From assembly GCA_910577795.1 (NCBI GenBank), contig CAJTNW010000006.1:1-59354 (forward strand): a stretch of DNA of 59,354 nt, written 5' to 3'. The position numbers and the translations under genes were made by a program. The DNA is from an uncultured Christensenella sp. (lineage in GTDB: Bacteria; Bacillota; Clostridia; Christensenellales; UBA3700). How positions within the stretch are numbered: the first letter of the stretch is position 1; each line of letters begins with the position of its first letter. Shown here piece after piece: positions 47,542 to 57,427 of this stretch. Below the pieces are notes generated by a model that ran no database searches, was not told the origin of the DNA, and saw only the letters and a list, made by a program, of their open reading frames with translations.

Positions 47542-47567
47542 CAAAAAATGGACTATTGCTAGTCCAT
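47542..47567 (-). terminator. Intrinsic terminator after gap
   Basis: ATGGACTA (47548-47555) / TAGTCCAT (47560-47567), with T6 on the minus strand. Confidence 0.8.
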
Positions 47568-47616
47568 TGATTTGCTTAATAACATTTTAAATTTAATTGA
47601 TTATACTCTTTATATC

Positions 47617-48639
47617 TTAGAAGAATTTAGCGAAGTGCTTAATTGTTCTAACCATTTGGCTTGTATAAGAGTTTTCGTTATCATACCAAGAAACAACTTG
47701 TACTTGAGAGTAACCATTACCCATATCCATAACCATAGTTTGAGTAGCATCAAACAAACTACCAAATCTCATACCGATAACGTCGCTAGAAACGATTTCG
47801 TCCTCAGTATAACCAAAAGACTCGTTAGATTGTGCTTTCATAGCAGCATTGATTTCGTCCTTAGAAGGAGTACCTTTTACAACTGCAACTAGAATAGTAG
47901 TTGAACCAGTAGGAGTTGGAACTCTTTGTGCAGAACCGATTAGTTTGCCGTTAAGTTCTGGAATAACCAAACCAATTGCTTTAGCAGCACCAGTAGAGTT
48001 AGGAACGATATTTACAGCAGCGGCTCTTGAACGACGAAGGTCACCCTTTCTTTGAGGTCCATCCAAAGTCATTTGGTCACCAGTATAAGCATGAATAGTG
48101 CTCATAATACCAGATTGAACAGCCCAGTTATCATTTAATGCTTTAGCCATAGGTGCTAAGCAGTTAGTAGTACAAGATGCAGCAGAGATGATGTGGTCAT
48201 CTTTAGTAATCTTGTCATGGTTAACATTGTAAACGATAGTTGGTAGGTCATTACCTGCAGGAGCAGAGATAACAACTTTTTTAGCGCCAGCATCAATGTG
48301 TGCTTGTGCTTTTGCTTTAGCAGTATAGAAACCTGTACACTCAAGAACAACATCTACACCGATTTCTCCCCAAGGAAGTTCAGCAGCATTTGCTTTTGCG
48401 TAAATTTTAATTTCTTTTCCATCAACAATGATAGAATCATCAGTAGCAGATACAGTATCAGCCAAAGCATATTTACCTTGAGATGAATCATACTTCAAAA
48501 GGTGAGCAAGCATTTTAGGGCTTGTCAAATCGTTGATTGCTACTACTTCAAAACCTTCTGCACCAAACATTTGTCTGAATGCAAGACGACCAATACGGCC
48601 AAAGCCGTTAATAGCTACTTTTACAGTCTTTTTAGCCAT
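47617..48639 (-). CDS. gap: Glyceraldehyde-3-phosphate dehydrogenase, type I
   Basis: 340 aa, [11 protein letters not shown]...SCTTNCLAP... Confidence 0.97.
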   Translation of the reverse strand: MAKKTVKVAINGFGRIGRLAFRQMFGAEGFEVVAINDLTSPKMLAHLLKYDSSQGKYALADTVSATDDSIIVDGKEIKIYAKANAAELPWGEIGVDVVLECTGFYTAKAKAQAHIDAGAKKVVISAPAGNDLPTIVYNVNHDKITKDDHIISAASCTTNCLAPMAKALNDNWAVQSGIMSTIHAYTGDQMTLDGPQRKGDLRRSRAAAVNIVPNSTGAAKAIGLVIPELNGKLIGSAQRVPTPTGSTTILVAVVKGTPSKDEINAAMKAQSNESFGYTEDEIVSSDVIGMRFGSLFDATQTMVMDMGNGYSQVQVVSWYDNENSYTSQMVRTIKHFAKFF

Positions 48640-48838
48640 TTATTTATCCTCCAAAATTGCCTATATAGGCATAATTATTATTGTTTGTATTTATTTTACC
48701 AAAAATTAGTCGCTTTGTCTAGTCTTTTATAACATTTTAAGTTATAATTTTATTAAAATACTTAAATATTATTTTAAATAACAACTTTGTTTTTATTTTT
48801 ATGTCATATTTTGCAATAAAAAACAAAATATCTGCATA

Positions 48839-49942
48839 TTATTTTAGATTTTCAGGGTTCAAACACTTTAATTCTTCAAGTACGAACAAGCCATCTTTTC
48901 TAATTAGTACATCATCAAAATAAATTTCTCCACCGCCATATTCTGGAGTTTGAACTTGTACCAAATCCCAATGTATAGCAGATTTATTTCCATTTGGTGC
49001 ATCTTCATAACTTTGTCCTGGGGTAAAGTGAATAGACCCGCTTATTTTTTCATCAAACAAAATGTCACCCATTGCTTTTGTTATATAAGGATTTACACCC
49101 AAAGCAAACTCACCAACATATCTTGCACCCTCGTCAGTATCAAATATTTTGTTTACTGCTTTTGTGTCATTTGCTGTTGCTTTTACAATTTTTCCATCCT
49201 TAAACTCCAAACGCACATTTTCAAACTTAATCCCCTCTTCAACAGATGGTACATTGTAAGTGATATAACCATTAACACTATTTTTTACAGGTGCAGTATA
49301 CACTTCTCCATCAGGGATATTTCTAAGTCCACTACATTTTATTGCAGGTATTCCTTTGATAGAAAAAGTCAAATCAGTATCTTTTGCAACTATACGTACT
49401 TTATCTGTCCTATTCATAAGTTCCACAAGTGGAGTCATTGCTTTGTCCATTTTACTATAATCTAAAGTACAAACATCAAAATAAAAATCTTCAAAGGCTT
49501 CTGTGCTCATACCTGCTTGTTGACTCATAGATTCAGTTGGATATCTTAAAACTACCCATTTAGTATGGTCTACTCTTTGATTTAAAACAGGTCTCATTAT
49601 GCGATTATATAAAGATAAATCCACATCGGAAAGTTCTTGATTATTTCCGCCACCTCTTATTGCAATATAGGCTTGCATATCTTTCATACGATACATTTCC
49701 ATATCCGCATAATGTTTTGCCAAAGTTTCACTCATACCTTTCATCCATTCTCTTTTTATACGCAAATCAGTCAAATTTACAAATGGATAAGCACCTTTAG
49801 CATAAATTTCTTTAACAAGTTGTGCTACCAATTGATAATCTGTTCCTGTTGCCTCAATAAGCACATTTTCACCTTTTTGTACATCACAGGAAAAATCTAC
49901 TAACCCATGTGCTAATTTTTCTATTCTTTTATCAATTAACAT
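48839..49942 (-). CDS. Aminopeptidase, M29 (AmpS/PepS, thermophilic metalloprotease) family
   Basis: 367 aa, ...EDFYFDVCTLDY...NIPDGEVYTAP...DEGARYVGEFALGVNP...ILFDEKISGSIHF. Confidence 0.85.
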   Translation of the reverse strand: MLIDKRIEKLAHGLVDFSCDVQKGENVLIEATGTDYQLVAQLVKEIYAKGAYPFVNLTDLRIKREWMKGMSETLAKHYADMEMYRMKDMQAYIAIRGGGNNQELSDVDLSLYNRIMRPVLNQRVDHTKWVVLRYPTESMSQQAGMSTEAFEDFYFDVCTLDYSKMDKAMTPLVELMNRTDKVRIVAKDTDLTFSIKGIPAIKCSGLRNIPDGEVYTAPVKNSVNGYITYNVPSVEEGIKFENVRLEFKDGKIVKATANDTKAVNKIFDTDEGARYVGEFALGVNPYITKAMGDILFDEKISGSIHFTPGQSYEDAPNGNKSAIHWDLVQVQTPEYGGGEIYFDDVLIRKDGLFVLEELKCLNPENLK

Positions 49943-50062
49943 AATATACCTCTTATAGTTGTATTAATTTTATTTTTACCTATTATACTACACTTTTTCA
50001 AAAATTACAATATTTTTTAAAATTTTATATTTCTACATAATATTGTTAACAATTTATGATTA

Positions 50063-50086
50063 AAAGGCAAGCCACCGCTTGCCTTT
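50063..50086 (-). terminator. Hairpin terminator after the ABC exporter operon
   Basis: AAAGGCAAGC / GCTTGCCTTT 10-bp stem 5 nt after the stop. The U-tract is partly inside the stem. Confidence 0.6.
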
Positions 50087-50091
50087 TGTTT

Positions 50092-52002
50092 TTAAGCAAT
50101 TTCTTCTGCTTTTTTACCATTGTACAATTCGTAATATCTACCACGTTTTGCTATTAATTGGTCATGGTTACCTCTCTCTATTATTTCACCATGTTCCAAA
50201 ACCATTATGCAGTCAGAGTTTTGAATGGTAGAAAGTCTGTGTGCTATAACAAAACAAGTTCTGCCTTGCATCAAACTATCCATACCTTTTTGAACCAAAA
50301 TTTCTGTTCTTGTATCAATACTACTTGTAGCCTCGTCCAAAATCATAAGTGGTGTATCTGCAAGTATTGCACGGCTTATAGATAACAACTGCCTTTGTCC
50401 TTGAGATAATGAAGAGCCATCTCCATCAATTATAGTATCATATTTATCTGGCAACATTTCTATAAATTCATGAGCACCACCGCGTTTGCAAGCACTTACA
50501 ACCTCTTCGTCAGTAGCATTTGGTCTGCCGTATCTAATATTTTCAGCAATAGTACCACTAAACAAATTAACGTCCTGCAAAACTATACCCAAAGATTTAC
50601 GCAAATCTTCCTTTTTGATTTTGTTGATATTAATACCATCATATCTGATTTTTCCGTCATCAATATCGTAAAATCTGTTAATCAAGTTAGTAATTGTAGT
50701 TTTACCTGCACCAGTTGAGCCAACTAACGCAATTTTTTCGCCTGGCTTTGCATTTATAGTAATGTCTTTTAAAACAAGTTTATCTTCTACATATCCAAAG
50801 TCAACATGGTCTAGTTCCACTCTACCTTCAAGTTTTGCATAAGTTAAAGTTCCATCTGTATGGGGATGTTTCCAAGCCCAGTCACCATCTTCGGATTCAA
50901 CAAACACACCATTAACTTCCTTACCTTTAACAAGTGTAACATATCCGTTATCCACTTCCTCTTCCTCAGAAAGCAATTGGAATATTCTTTTAGAACCTGC
51001 AGTTGCCATAGCAAAGTTATTAATCTGCTCTGCAAACTGGTTAATAGGCATTGTAAATGATTTTGACAAAGGCAGGAATGTAACTACTGCTGCAATAGTA
51101 GTACCAGCAACATTTGTTATTACCAACGCACCACCAATTAAAGCAATTAACACATAAAGCAAATGTCCCATACCCATCATTATAGGCATAATTGTGCAAG
51201 CAAGTTTTACCGCACGAAAACTAGCATCTCGCCAATTGTCATTTATACCGGCAAATTCCTTTTTGCAAACTTCCTCATGGTTAAATACTTTTACAACTCT
51301 TTGACCGCCTATCATTTCCTCTACATAACTATTTACATCGCTTATTGCTTTTTGTTGTCCTGCAAAGTACTTAACAGACCTTTTACCAATAAATTGTGCC
51401 ACAAACAACATTATTGCACCATAAGCCAATGTACAGCCTGCCAAAATAGGACTTAGCAAAAACATTGAAACAACCACCGCAATTAGAGTAGTAATTAAGT
51501 TAATAAGTTGCGGAATACCTTGAGATAACAATTGCATCATAGTATCTGTATCGTTAGAAAAATAACTCATTATATCGCCATTATTTTTTCTGTCAAAATA
51601 CTTAACAGGCAATTTTTGCAATTTAATAAACATATCATCTCTTATAGAACGCATAGTGTTTTGAGATATGATTATCATAAATTGGTTATAAAGCAACGCA
51701 GAAAGTACACCCGCACCATATATACCAGCCATATAACTTATTGCTTTTACAATACCGCTTAAATCTGGGTTTGATGTGCCAATTAATGGTTGAACATAAT
51801 CAGAAAGCAATGTATTAATAAACATTGAGCCAGCAATAGATGCTAGTGCAGATATAATAATACCACACACTACTGTAATAAATAATGCTCTATATTTTTT
51901 AAATATTGTTTTTATAATCAATGCAATTGTATTTGGTTGCTTATTATTAGTTTTTTTGTTATTTACATTCGATTTTTGAAGGGTTTTAGTTGTTGTCATC
52001 AT
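50092..52002 (-). CDS. ABC exporter, fused permease/ATPase (heterodimer partner B)
   Basis: 636 aa: 6 TM, then GSTGAGKTT (Walker A), LSQGQRQ (signature) and LMILDEATS (Walker B). An extra segment of about 45 aa precedes the NBD. Confidence 0.9.
   Translation of the reverse strand: MMTTTKTLQKSNVNNKKTNNKQPNTIALIIKTIFKKYRALFITVVCGIIISALASIAGSMFINTLLSDYVQPLIGTSNPDLSGIVKAISYMAGIYGAGVLSALLYNQFMIIISQNTMRSIRDDMFIKLQKLPVKYFDRKNNGDIMSYFSNDTDTMMQLLSQGIPQLINLITTLIAVVVSMFLLSPILAGCTLAYGAIMLFVAQFIGKRSVKYFAGQQKAISDVNSYVEEMIGGQRVVKVFNHEEVCKKEFAGINDNWRDASFRAVKLACTIMPIMMGMGHLLYVLIALIGGALVITNVAGTTIAAVVTFLPLSKSFTMPINQFAEQINNFAMATAGSKRIFQLLSEEEEVDNGYVTLVKGKEVNGVFVESEDGDWAWKHPHTDGTLTYAKLEGRVELDHVDFGYVEDKLVLKDITINAKPGEKIALVGSTGAGKTTITNLINRFYDIDDGKIRYDGININKIKKEDLRKSLGIVLQDVNLFSGTIAENIRYGRPNATDEEVVSACKRGGAHEFIEMLPDKYDTIIDGDGSSLSQGQRQLLSISRAILADTPLMILDEATSSIDTRTEILVQKGMDSLMQGRTCFVIAHRLSTIQNSDCIMVLEHGEIIERGNHDQLIAKRGRYYELYNGKKAEEIA
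51970..51979 (+). repeat. Core copy of the polar motif CGATTTTTGA in the overlap region of the two ABC genes
   Basis: Exact 10-mer. It encodes QKS in the 636-aa ORF frame. Confidence 0.75.
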
Positions 52003-53725
52003 TATTCCCTCCTTTTACTTGTGATTGATATACTTCTTGATAAATAGTGTTATTTGCCATCAACTCTTCATGTGTACCTATACCATTTATCTTGCCATTA
52101 TCTATTACAATTATCTTATCTGCATCTTGTACAGAAGATATTCGTTGAGCAATAATAAGTTTTGTTGTATTTGGTTTTGTATCTCTTAAACCTTGCTTTA
52201 TCTTTTTATCTGTTGCGGTATCAACTGCACTAGTAGAGTCATCAAGTATTAAAATTTTAGGGTCTTTTATCAATGCTCTTGCAATACATAATCTTTGCTT
52301 TTGTCCGCCTGACAAGTTTGCTCCGCCTTGTTCTATGTAATGGTCATAACCATCTTTAAAGTTGCTTACAAAATCTGTTGCAGATGCAATTTCCAAAGCC
52401 TCCGCAATTTGCTCATCAGTAACATTAGGGTTACCCCACTTCATATTATCACGCAAACTACCGCTAAACAATACATTCTTTTGCAATACAACACTTACAC
52501 TATCTCTTAATGATTTTATATCGTATTCCTTTACATTATGACCGCCAACAATTACCTCGCCACTTGTTGCATCATAAAGTCTAGGAAGCAGACTTATTAA
52601 TGTTGTTTTACCACTACCAGTACCACCTAAAATACCTATCATTTCGCCATTATTTATCTTTAGATTAATATTAGACATACATTCTTTATTGCTATCTCCT
52701 ATATAACTAAAGCCAACATTTTTAAATTCTATATCTCCATTTGGTACTTCATAAATAGGATTTTCAGGATTTACAATACTTGGTTCTTCCTTTAAAACCT
52801 CAACAATACGCTCAGCACTTGCTCTTGACATTGTTATCATAACAAACACCATTGAAAACATCATTAGGCTCATAAGAATTGACATTGTATAAGATATTAA
52901 TGCTACCAAAGCACCCTCACCTAATGTACCACCTACCATTGCCTTAGAGCATAGCCATGCAATAAGCAACATGCAGGTGTAAATACATATTTGCATTAAT
53001 GGTGAGTTTAAAGCAAGTAATCTTTCTGCCCTACTGTAGTTTTTGTAAATATCGCCTGATGCATCTTCAAATTTTTCTATCTCTTTACCTTGAGAATTAA
53101 AAGATTTAACAACTCTTACACCTTTCACATTTTCTCTTACAACTTTATTCATTTTATCATAACTTTTAAATACCTTTTCAAATAGTGGAAAAGCATATTT
53201 AATAATAAGTATTAGACAAATAACAAGTACTGGTGCAACACCAAGATAAATTAGTGCAATTTTTGGACTAATCATAAACGCCATTATTATAGATGCAACA
53301 AGCATAATAGGACATCTTGTAGCAAGTCTTGAAGTCATTTGATATGACTGTCTTACATTCATAACATCTGTAGTTAATCTTGTAATTAAACTTGAGGTTG
53401 AAAATTTATCTATATTGCTAAAAGAAAAATTTTGTATGTTTGCATACATATCATCCATCAAATTTTTAGCAAAACCTGTACTACCTTTTGTTGAAGACCA
53501 ACCAGATAAAATACCTAATACCATACCCATACCAGCCAAAAGCAATAATATAACACTTGCAATGCCTACATATTTCATATCACCTTTATTAATACCATTA
53601 TCTATTAGTGCTTGTGTAACATACGGAATCATTACCTCTAAGGCAACTTCTAAGGCAACAAGACATGGTGTTATTAAAGTATATTTGAGCGAACTTTTTG
53701 CGTGTTTTAATAATTCTTTTATCAT
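51986..53725 (-). CDS. ABC exporter, fused permease/ATPase (heterodimer partner A)
   Basis: 579 aa, with GGTGSGKTT, LSGGQKQR and ILILDDSTS. Overlaps the downstream partner by 17 nt. Confidence 0.9.
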   Translation of the reverse strand: MIKELLKHAKSSLKYTLITPCLVALEVALEVMIPYVTQALIDNGINKGDMKYVGIASVILLLLAGMGMVLGILSGWSSTKGSTGFAKNLMDDMYANIQNFSFSNIDKFSTSSLITRLTTDVMNVRQSYQMTSRLATRCPIMLVASIIMAFMISPKIALIYLGVAPVLVICLILIIKYAFPLFEKVFKSYDKMNKVVRENVKGVRVVKSFNSQGKEIEKFEDASGDIYKNYSRAERLLALNSPLMQICIYTCMLLIAWLCSKAMVGGTLGEGALVALISYTMSILMSLMMFSMVFVMITMSRASAERIVEVLKEEPSIVNPENPIYEVPNGDIEFKNVGFSYIGDSNKECMSNINLKINNGEMIGILGGTGSGKTTLISLLPRLYDATSGEVIVGGHNVKEYDIKSLRDSVSVVLQKNVLFSGSLRDNMKWGNPNVTDEQIAEALEIASATDFVSNFKDGYDHYIEQGGANLSGGQKQRLCIARALIKDPKILILDDSTSAVDTATDKKIKQGLRDTKPNTTKLIIAQRISSVQDADKIIVIDNGKINGIGTHEELMANNTIYQEVYQSQVKGGNNDDNN

Positions 53726-53736
53726 TTATGCCTCCT

Positions 53737-54171
53737 TTATTCTGTTAGATTATTTTTTATTCTTTCTAAGTATCCCGCCAATTTGGCTTTTTCTTCATCA
53801 CTAAACCCACGGATAATACTATTTTCTATTATTGTAAATTCTTCCCTTATCATTAAAGCATAACGCATTGCTTTATCGGTCAATAATAGTTGCTTTAGTC
53901 TCATATCATTACCAACTGGAACTCTTGTGATTAATCCGTCTTTTTCCATATCTTGCAACATACTTGTTGCAGTAGAGCGCCTGATTTTTAAAAATTTACT
54001 AATATCTTTTTGAAAAACTGGCTTACCTTGACTCTCGTCAATTATTCCAATAACTGCAGCACACCTGCGTGAAATTTCTTTTTGCACAACCTGTAATTTT
54101 TCTGATTCATTAATTTTGTGTCTTATTAAATTTACTACTTGCAATATATCGTCTTGAAAATACTTAATCAT
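53737..54171 (-). CDS. MarR family transcriptional regulator
   Basis: 144 aa with the winged-helix segment QKDISKFLKIRRSTATSMLQDMEKDGLITR. First gene of the MarR-ABC-ABC operon. Confidence 0.88.
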   Translation of the reverse strand: MIKYFQDDILQVVNLIRHKINESEKLQVVQKEISRRCAAVIGIIDESQGKPVFQKDISKFLKIRRSTATSMLQDMEKDGLITRVPVGNDMRLKQLLLTDKAMRYALMIREEFTIIENSIIRGFSDEEKAKLAGYLERIKNNLTE

Positions 54172-54199
54172 TACTAATTGTTCCTATTTATAAAAAATT

Positions 54200-54228
54200 G
54201 TTAGCATACTAACAGTTAGTATTCTAAC
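54200..54228. promoter_or_regulatory. Tandem palindromic operator (putative MarR autoregulatory site)
   Basis: GTTAGcataCTAAC (54200-54213), then a, then GTTAGtattCTAAC (54215-54228). Starts 29 nt upstream of the marR ATG. Confidence 0.6.
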
Positions 54229-54356
54229 ATTATTTATATTTATTGTCAACTATTTTTATCACAAATTTAGTTGTTTTTTCTACTTATTTGTCAAATAAAT
54301 GGCATTATAATATCATTTTATATACACAAATTATTTAAATAATAAAATAATAAATA

Positions 54357-55268
54357 TTATTTAACATTTACTAAAACATCTTCCATATCTTTAGGAAGGG
54401 ATGATGTAAACTCCATTTGCTCATTTGTTATAGGGTGGCAAAAGGCAATTTTTTGACTATGAAGAGCCGGTCTTTCAATTAATTGTTTGCTACCACCATA
54501 CAAATCATCACCCAATAAAGGATGTCCTATATATGACATGTGCACTCTTATTTGATGAGTTCTACCAGTTGCTAATTTTATTTTTACAAGGCTATAATTG
54601 CTTGTGCTAATTACTACCTCATAGTAAGTTTTTGCAAACTTTCCACCTTCAGTTACTACTCCTCTTACCAAACTATTTCCATTAGGTATGCCTATATCCC
54701 CTATTATTTCGCCTTTACCAGTCAATATATTATCTTTATTATGCACAAGAGCAAGATATTCCCTTTGTACATTTTTTTCATTATTGTTTTTATCTTCAGC
54801 AATATTGGCTGATAATATACTATGCGAAAGTGCATTTTTTGCCACTATCATAAGTCCGCTTGTGCCTTTATCTAATCTATTTACAGGATGATATACAAAA
54901 TCTCCCCATACATTTGCAAGAGCATTCATTAAACTTTTTCCGTAATGTGCATTTGTTGCAATTACTGCAATATCTGCACTTTTATTGATTACTGCAATAT
55001 CCTTATCCTCATAAACAAAATCTATATTATGATTAAATGGTACGATTTTTGGAGGGTTTTCTTTTAATTTAACTTTAATTTTATCCCCAACTTTTATTTT
55101 TTCAACAACAAAGACAGGTTTGTCATTTACACAAACCAATCCTAATTCCTTCTTTAATAAATTACAAATTCTACTTGAGTACCCTTTGCTCTTTAGCAAA
55201 CTTTCAACACTGCCGTCTTCAGTTGCAATATATTCAAAAATTCTTTCCATATCACAACCATACCACAT
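54357..55268 (-). CDS. RluA-family pseudouridine synthase (RluD-like, N-terminal S4-like domain)
   Basis: HRLDKGTSGLMIVAK catalytic motif...GRTHQIRVH. The start is ambiguous (55268 or 55250). Confidence 0.88.
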   Translation of the reverse strand: MWYGCDMERIFEYIATEDGSVESLLKSKGYSSRICNLLKKELGLVCVNDKPVFVVEKIKVGDKIKVKLKENPPKIVPFNHNIDFVYEDKDIAVINKSADIAVIATNAHYGKSLMNALANVWGDFVYHPVNRLDKGTSGLMIVAKNALSHSILSANIAEDKNNNEKNVQREYLALVHNKDNILTGKGEIIGDIGIPNGNSLVRGVVTEGGKFAKTYYEVVISTSNYSLVKIKLATGRTHQIRVHMSYIGHPLLGDDLYGGSKQLIERPALHSQKIAFCHPITNEQMEFTSSLPKDMEDVLVNVK

Positions 55269-55269
55269 T

Positions 55270-56229
55270 TTATTTTTTATTGCAAGCCTTATTAATCAAG
55301 TTTGTTATATTCTGATAGTTTGCTGAGCGATTTATTCTCCCTAATAAAAAAAGAGAATTCTTATTCTCCAGATAATTCACTTTTTCCACACAGGTCATTG
55401 TCATTTGATAATTTAAACCTTTAAGCACCCTTTCACTTTCTCTGCAAAACTCTCCATAAGGATAACAATAAGTTTTTACTTTTACTCCTAAACCATTTAG
55501 TTTGCTTGTTAATTTTTGAGTATCCTCTTTAAATACTTGTGTGTATTTGTCATTTGTCTCGTCTTTTTTTATTTTTACACCACGTCTGCCATCTTGTATA
55601 TGGTGAAAATTATATGAATGGTGAGCAATTTCTACTCGTTTATTTTTAGCAAGTTCTCTTACTTCATTAGTATTCATATAACTACACCTAGTCCTATAAG
55701 TCAACTTATCTTGTCTATCCATAAATTCACCAACAACAGAAACCAAACATTTCATATCATATTTTTCTAAAAGAGATGGTACATATTTATAAACCCCATA
55801 AAACCCATCATCAAATGTTATCATAACATATTTGCCAGTTTGCTTTTTGTTAACAATATCAAAAAGGCTTTTTCTATCAACACATTTATAGCCTAATTTT
55901 TTCAATTCCTTAAAATCTTCTTCCAAGACTGACTGCTTTACTTCATAATTACCTTGTTTTTGTGTGTTACCAACAACATTGTGATACATTAAACACAATA
56001 ATTCTATTTTCTTACCACTTGCTACATCTTTTGTGCTGGTCTTACTCATAGATAAAAAGTTATTATCGCTTTTATTATCAATATCATAATCCGCTACTTT
56101 GCAATTACTATCAAAAGCAACTTTTTTTGTCGCAAACTCACACTTGTCCATACCAATAACTAGACAAAGTGTAAGTGCTAATATAAATAACATAAAAAAC
56201 AATGTAAACTTACCATTATTTTTTGCCAT
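55270..56229 (-). CDS. Polysaccharide deacetylase (NodB/CE4) family protein, membrane-anchored
   Basis: N-terminal TM helix. ITFDDGF and ...HSYNFH motifs. 319 aa. Confidence 0.8.
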   Translation of the reverse strand: MAKNNGKFTLFFMLFILALTLCLVIGMDKCEFATKKVAFDSNCKVADYDIDNKSDNNFLSMSKTSTKDVASGKKIELLCLMYHNVVGNTQKQGNYEVKQSVLEEDFKELKKLGYKCVDRKSLFDIVNKKQTGKYVMITFDDGFYGVYKYVPSLLEKYDMKCLVSVVGEFMDRQDKLTYRTRCSYMNTNEVRELAKNKRVEIAHHSYNFHHIQDGRRGVKIKKDETNDKYTQVFKEDTQKLTSKLNGLGVKVKTYCYPYGEFCRESERVLKGLNYQMTMTCVEKVNYLENKNSLFLLGRINRSANYQNITNLINKACNKK

Positions 56230-56427
56230 AATATCCTCCTTGTTATTAGTATTTGTTAAAAAACCTAAATTATTTTAAAAAGTGGTTGATTATTTGATTA
56301 TATCTTATCTAGTTAATTTGAATATTTGTATTTTTCGTCATTTTTCCACATAAATACAAAAACATTTATCTTTTTGCAAAAACTCTAGTAAAATAACTTG
56401 ATATAAAAATAGTTTTATATTATAATA

Positions 56428-56483
56428 ATAACTGAAGTAACAAAAAGCATAACGAAAGTTATATTTTTCAGTTACGAAGTTAT
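56428..56483. promoter_or_regulatory. Three phased 14-bp imperfect palindromes (putative operator array) in the deacetylase/tkt divergent region
   Basis: ATAACtgaaGTAAC (56428), ATAACgaaaGTTAT (56449) and GTTACgaaGTTAT (56471). Spacing is about 21 nt, with consensus ATAAC-N4-GTTAT. Confidence 0.5.
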
Positions 56484-56605
56484 TATTTCAAACTACAAAT
56501 GCTTGTGACTACAAGCGGAAAATTACTTAAAAAAGGTTATAATATCATAATTTATTGATTAAAAAAGTTGAAAAACAACTATTTATTTTGTTATAGGAGT
56601 TCAAA

Positions 56606-57427
56606 ATGGAATCTAACACTATCAACACCCTTTACAAAAAAGCGGATTTAATACGTAAAATGTGTATTGAATGTATCGCAACATTTGGTGTGGGACATAT
56701 TGGTGGCTCATCAAGTATTATTGAGTTTTTAACAGCACTTTACTTTAAGTGTGCCAATATTGACCCAAAAGACCCTAAAAATCCTGACCGTGACAGAATT
56801 GTTTTGTCAAAAGGTCATGCTGCACCGGGTTTATATGCTACTCTTGCAGCAAGAGGTTATTTTGATAAAAAATTGCTTCTTACATTAAACCAAAATGGCA
56901 CTACTCTCCCATCTCATGCAGATATGTTGAAGGTAACTGGTGTAGACTTTACTGCTGGTTCTTTAGGTCAAGGAATTTCTGCTGCAGTTGGAATGGCAAT
57001 TTCTGCAATTATGGACCGCAGAAAATATCATACATTTGCAATTGTTGGCGATGGCGAAAGTCAAGAAGGTCAAGTATGGGAAGCCTTAATGCTTGCGGGT
57101 TCTAGACACTTGCATAATTTTACAGTTGTAATTGATAACAATAAAATGCAAATTGACGGACTAACAAAAGATGTTTGTAAGGTTGAACCTTTTGAGTCAA
57201 AACTTCGTGCTTTTGGTTTTAAAACTTACACTATTGATGGTCATGATATGGAAAGTATTGTTGATACTATTGAAAAATGTAAAAGGTCTCGTATGCCTTC
57301 TGCAATTGTTTTAAATACTATCAAAGGCAAAGGAATTAAATGTTGTGAAGGTCACTATAAATCACATAGTGTTAACTTTACTCCAGAAATGTTTGCTGCA
57401 GAATGCACTGGGGAGGTTTTAAAATGA
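56606..57427 (+). CDS. Transketolase, N-terminal (TPP-binding) subunit
   Basis: 273 aa, GHIGGSSSIIEFL...GDGESQEGQVWEA. AGGAG RBS. Confidence 0.92.
   Translation: MESNTINTLYKKADLIRKMCIECIATFGVGHIGGSSSIIEFLTALYFKCANIDPKDPKNPDRDRIVLSKGHAAPGLYATLAARGYFDKKLLLTLNQNGTTLPSHADMLKVTGVDFTAGSLGQGISAAVGMAISAIMDRRKYHTFAIVGDGESQEGQVWEALMLAGSRHLHNFTVVIDNNKMQIDGLTKDVCKVEPFESKLRAFGFKTYTIDGHDMESIVDTIEKCKRSRMPSAIVLNTIKGKGIKCCEGHYKSHSVNFTPEMFAAECTGEVLK

Noticed and set aside
56471-56483. 10-nt identity to the loxP arm (ACGAAGTTAT) in TTACGAAGTTAT
   Set aside because: The match is too short, there is no 8-bp spacer plus inverted 13-bp arm architecture, and no recombinase is nearby. It is better explained as part of the phased palindrome array.
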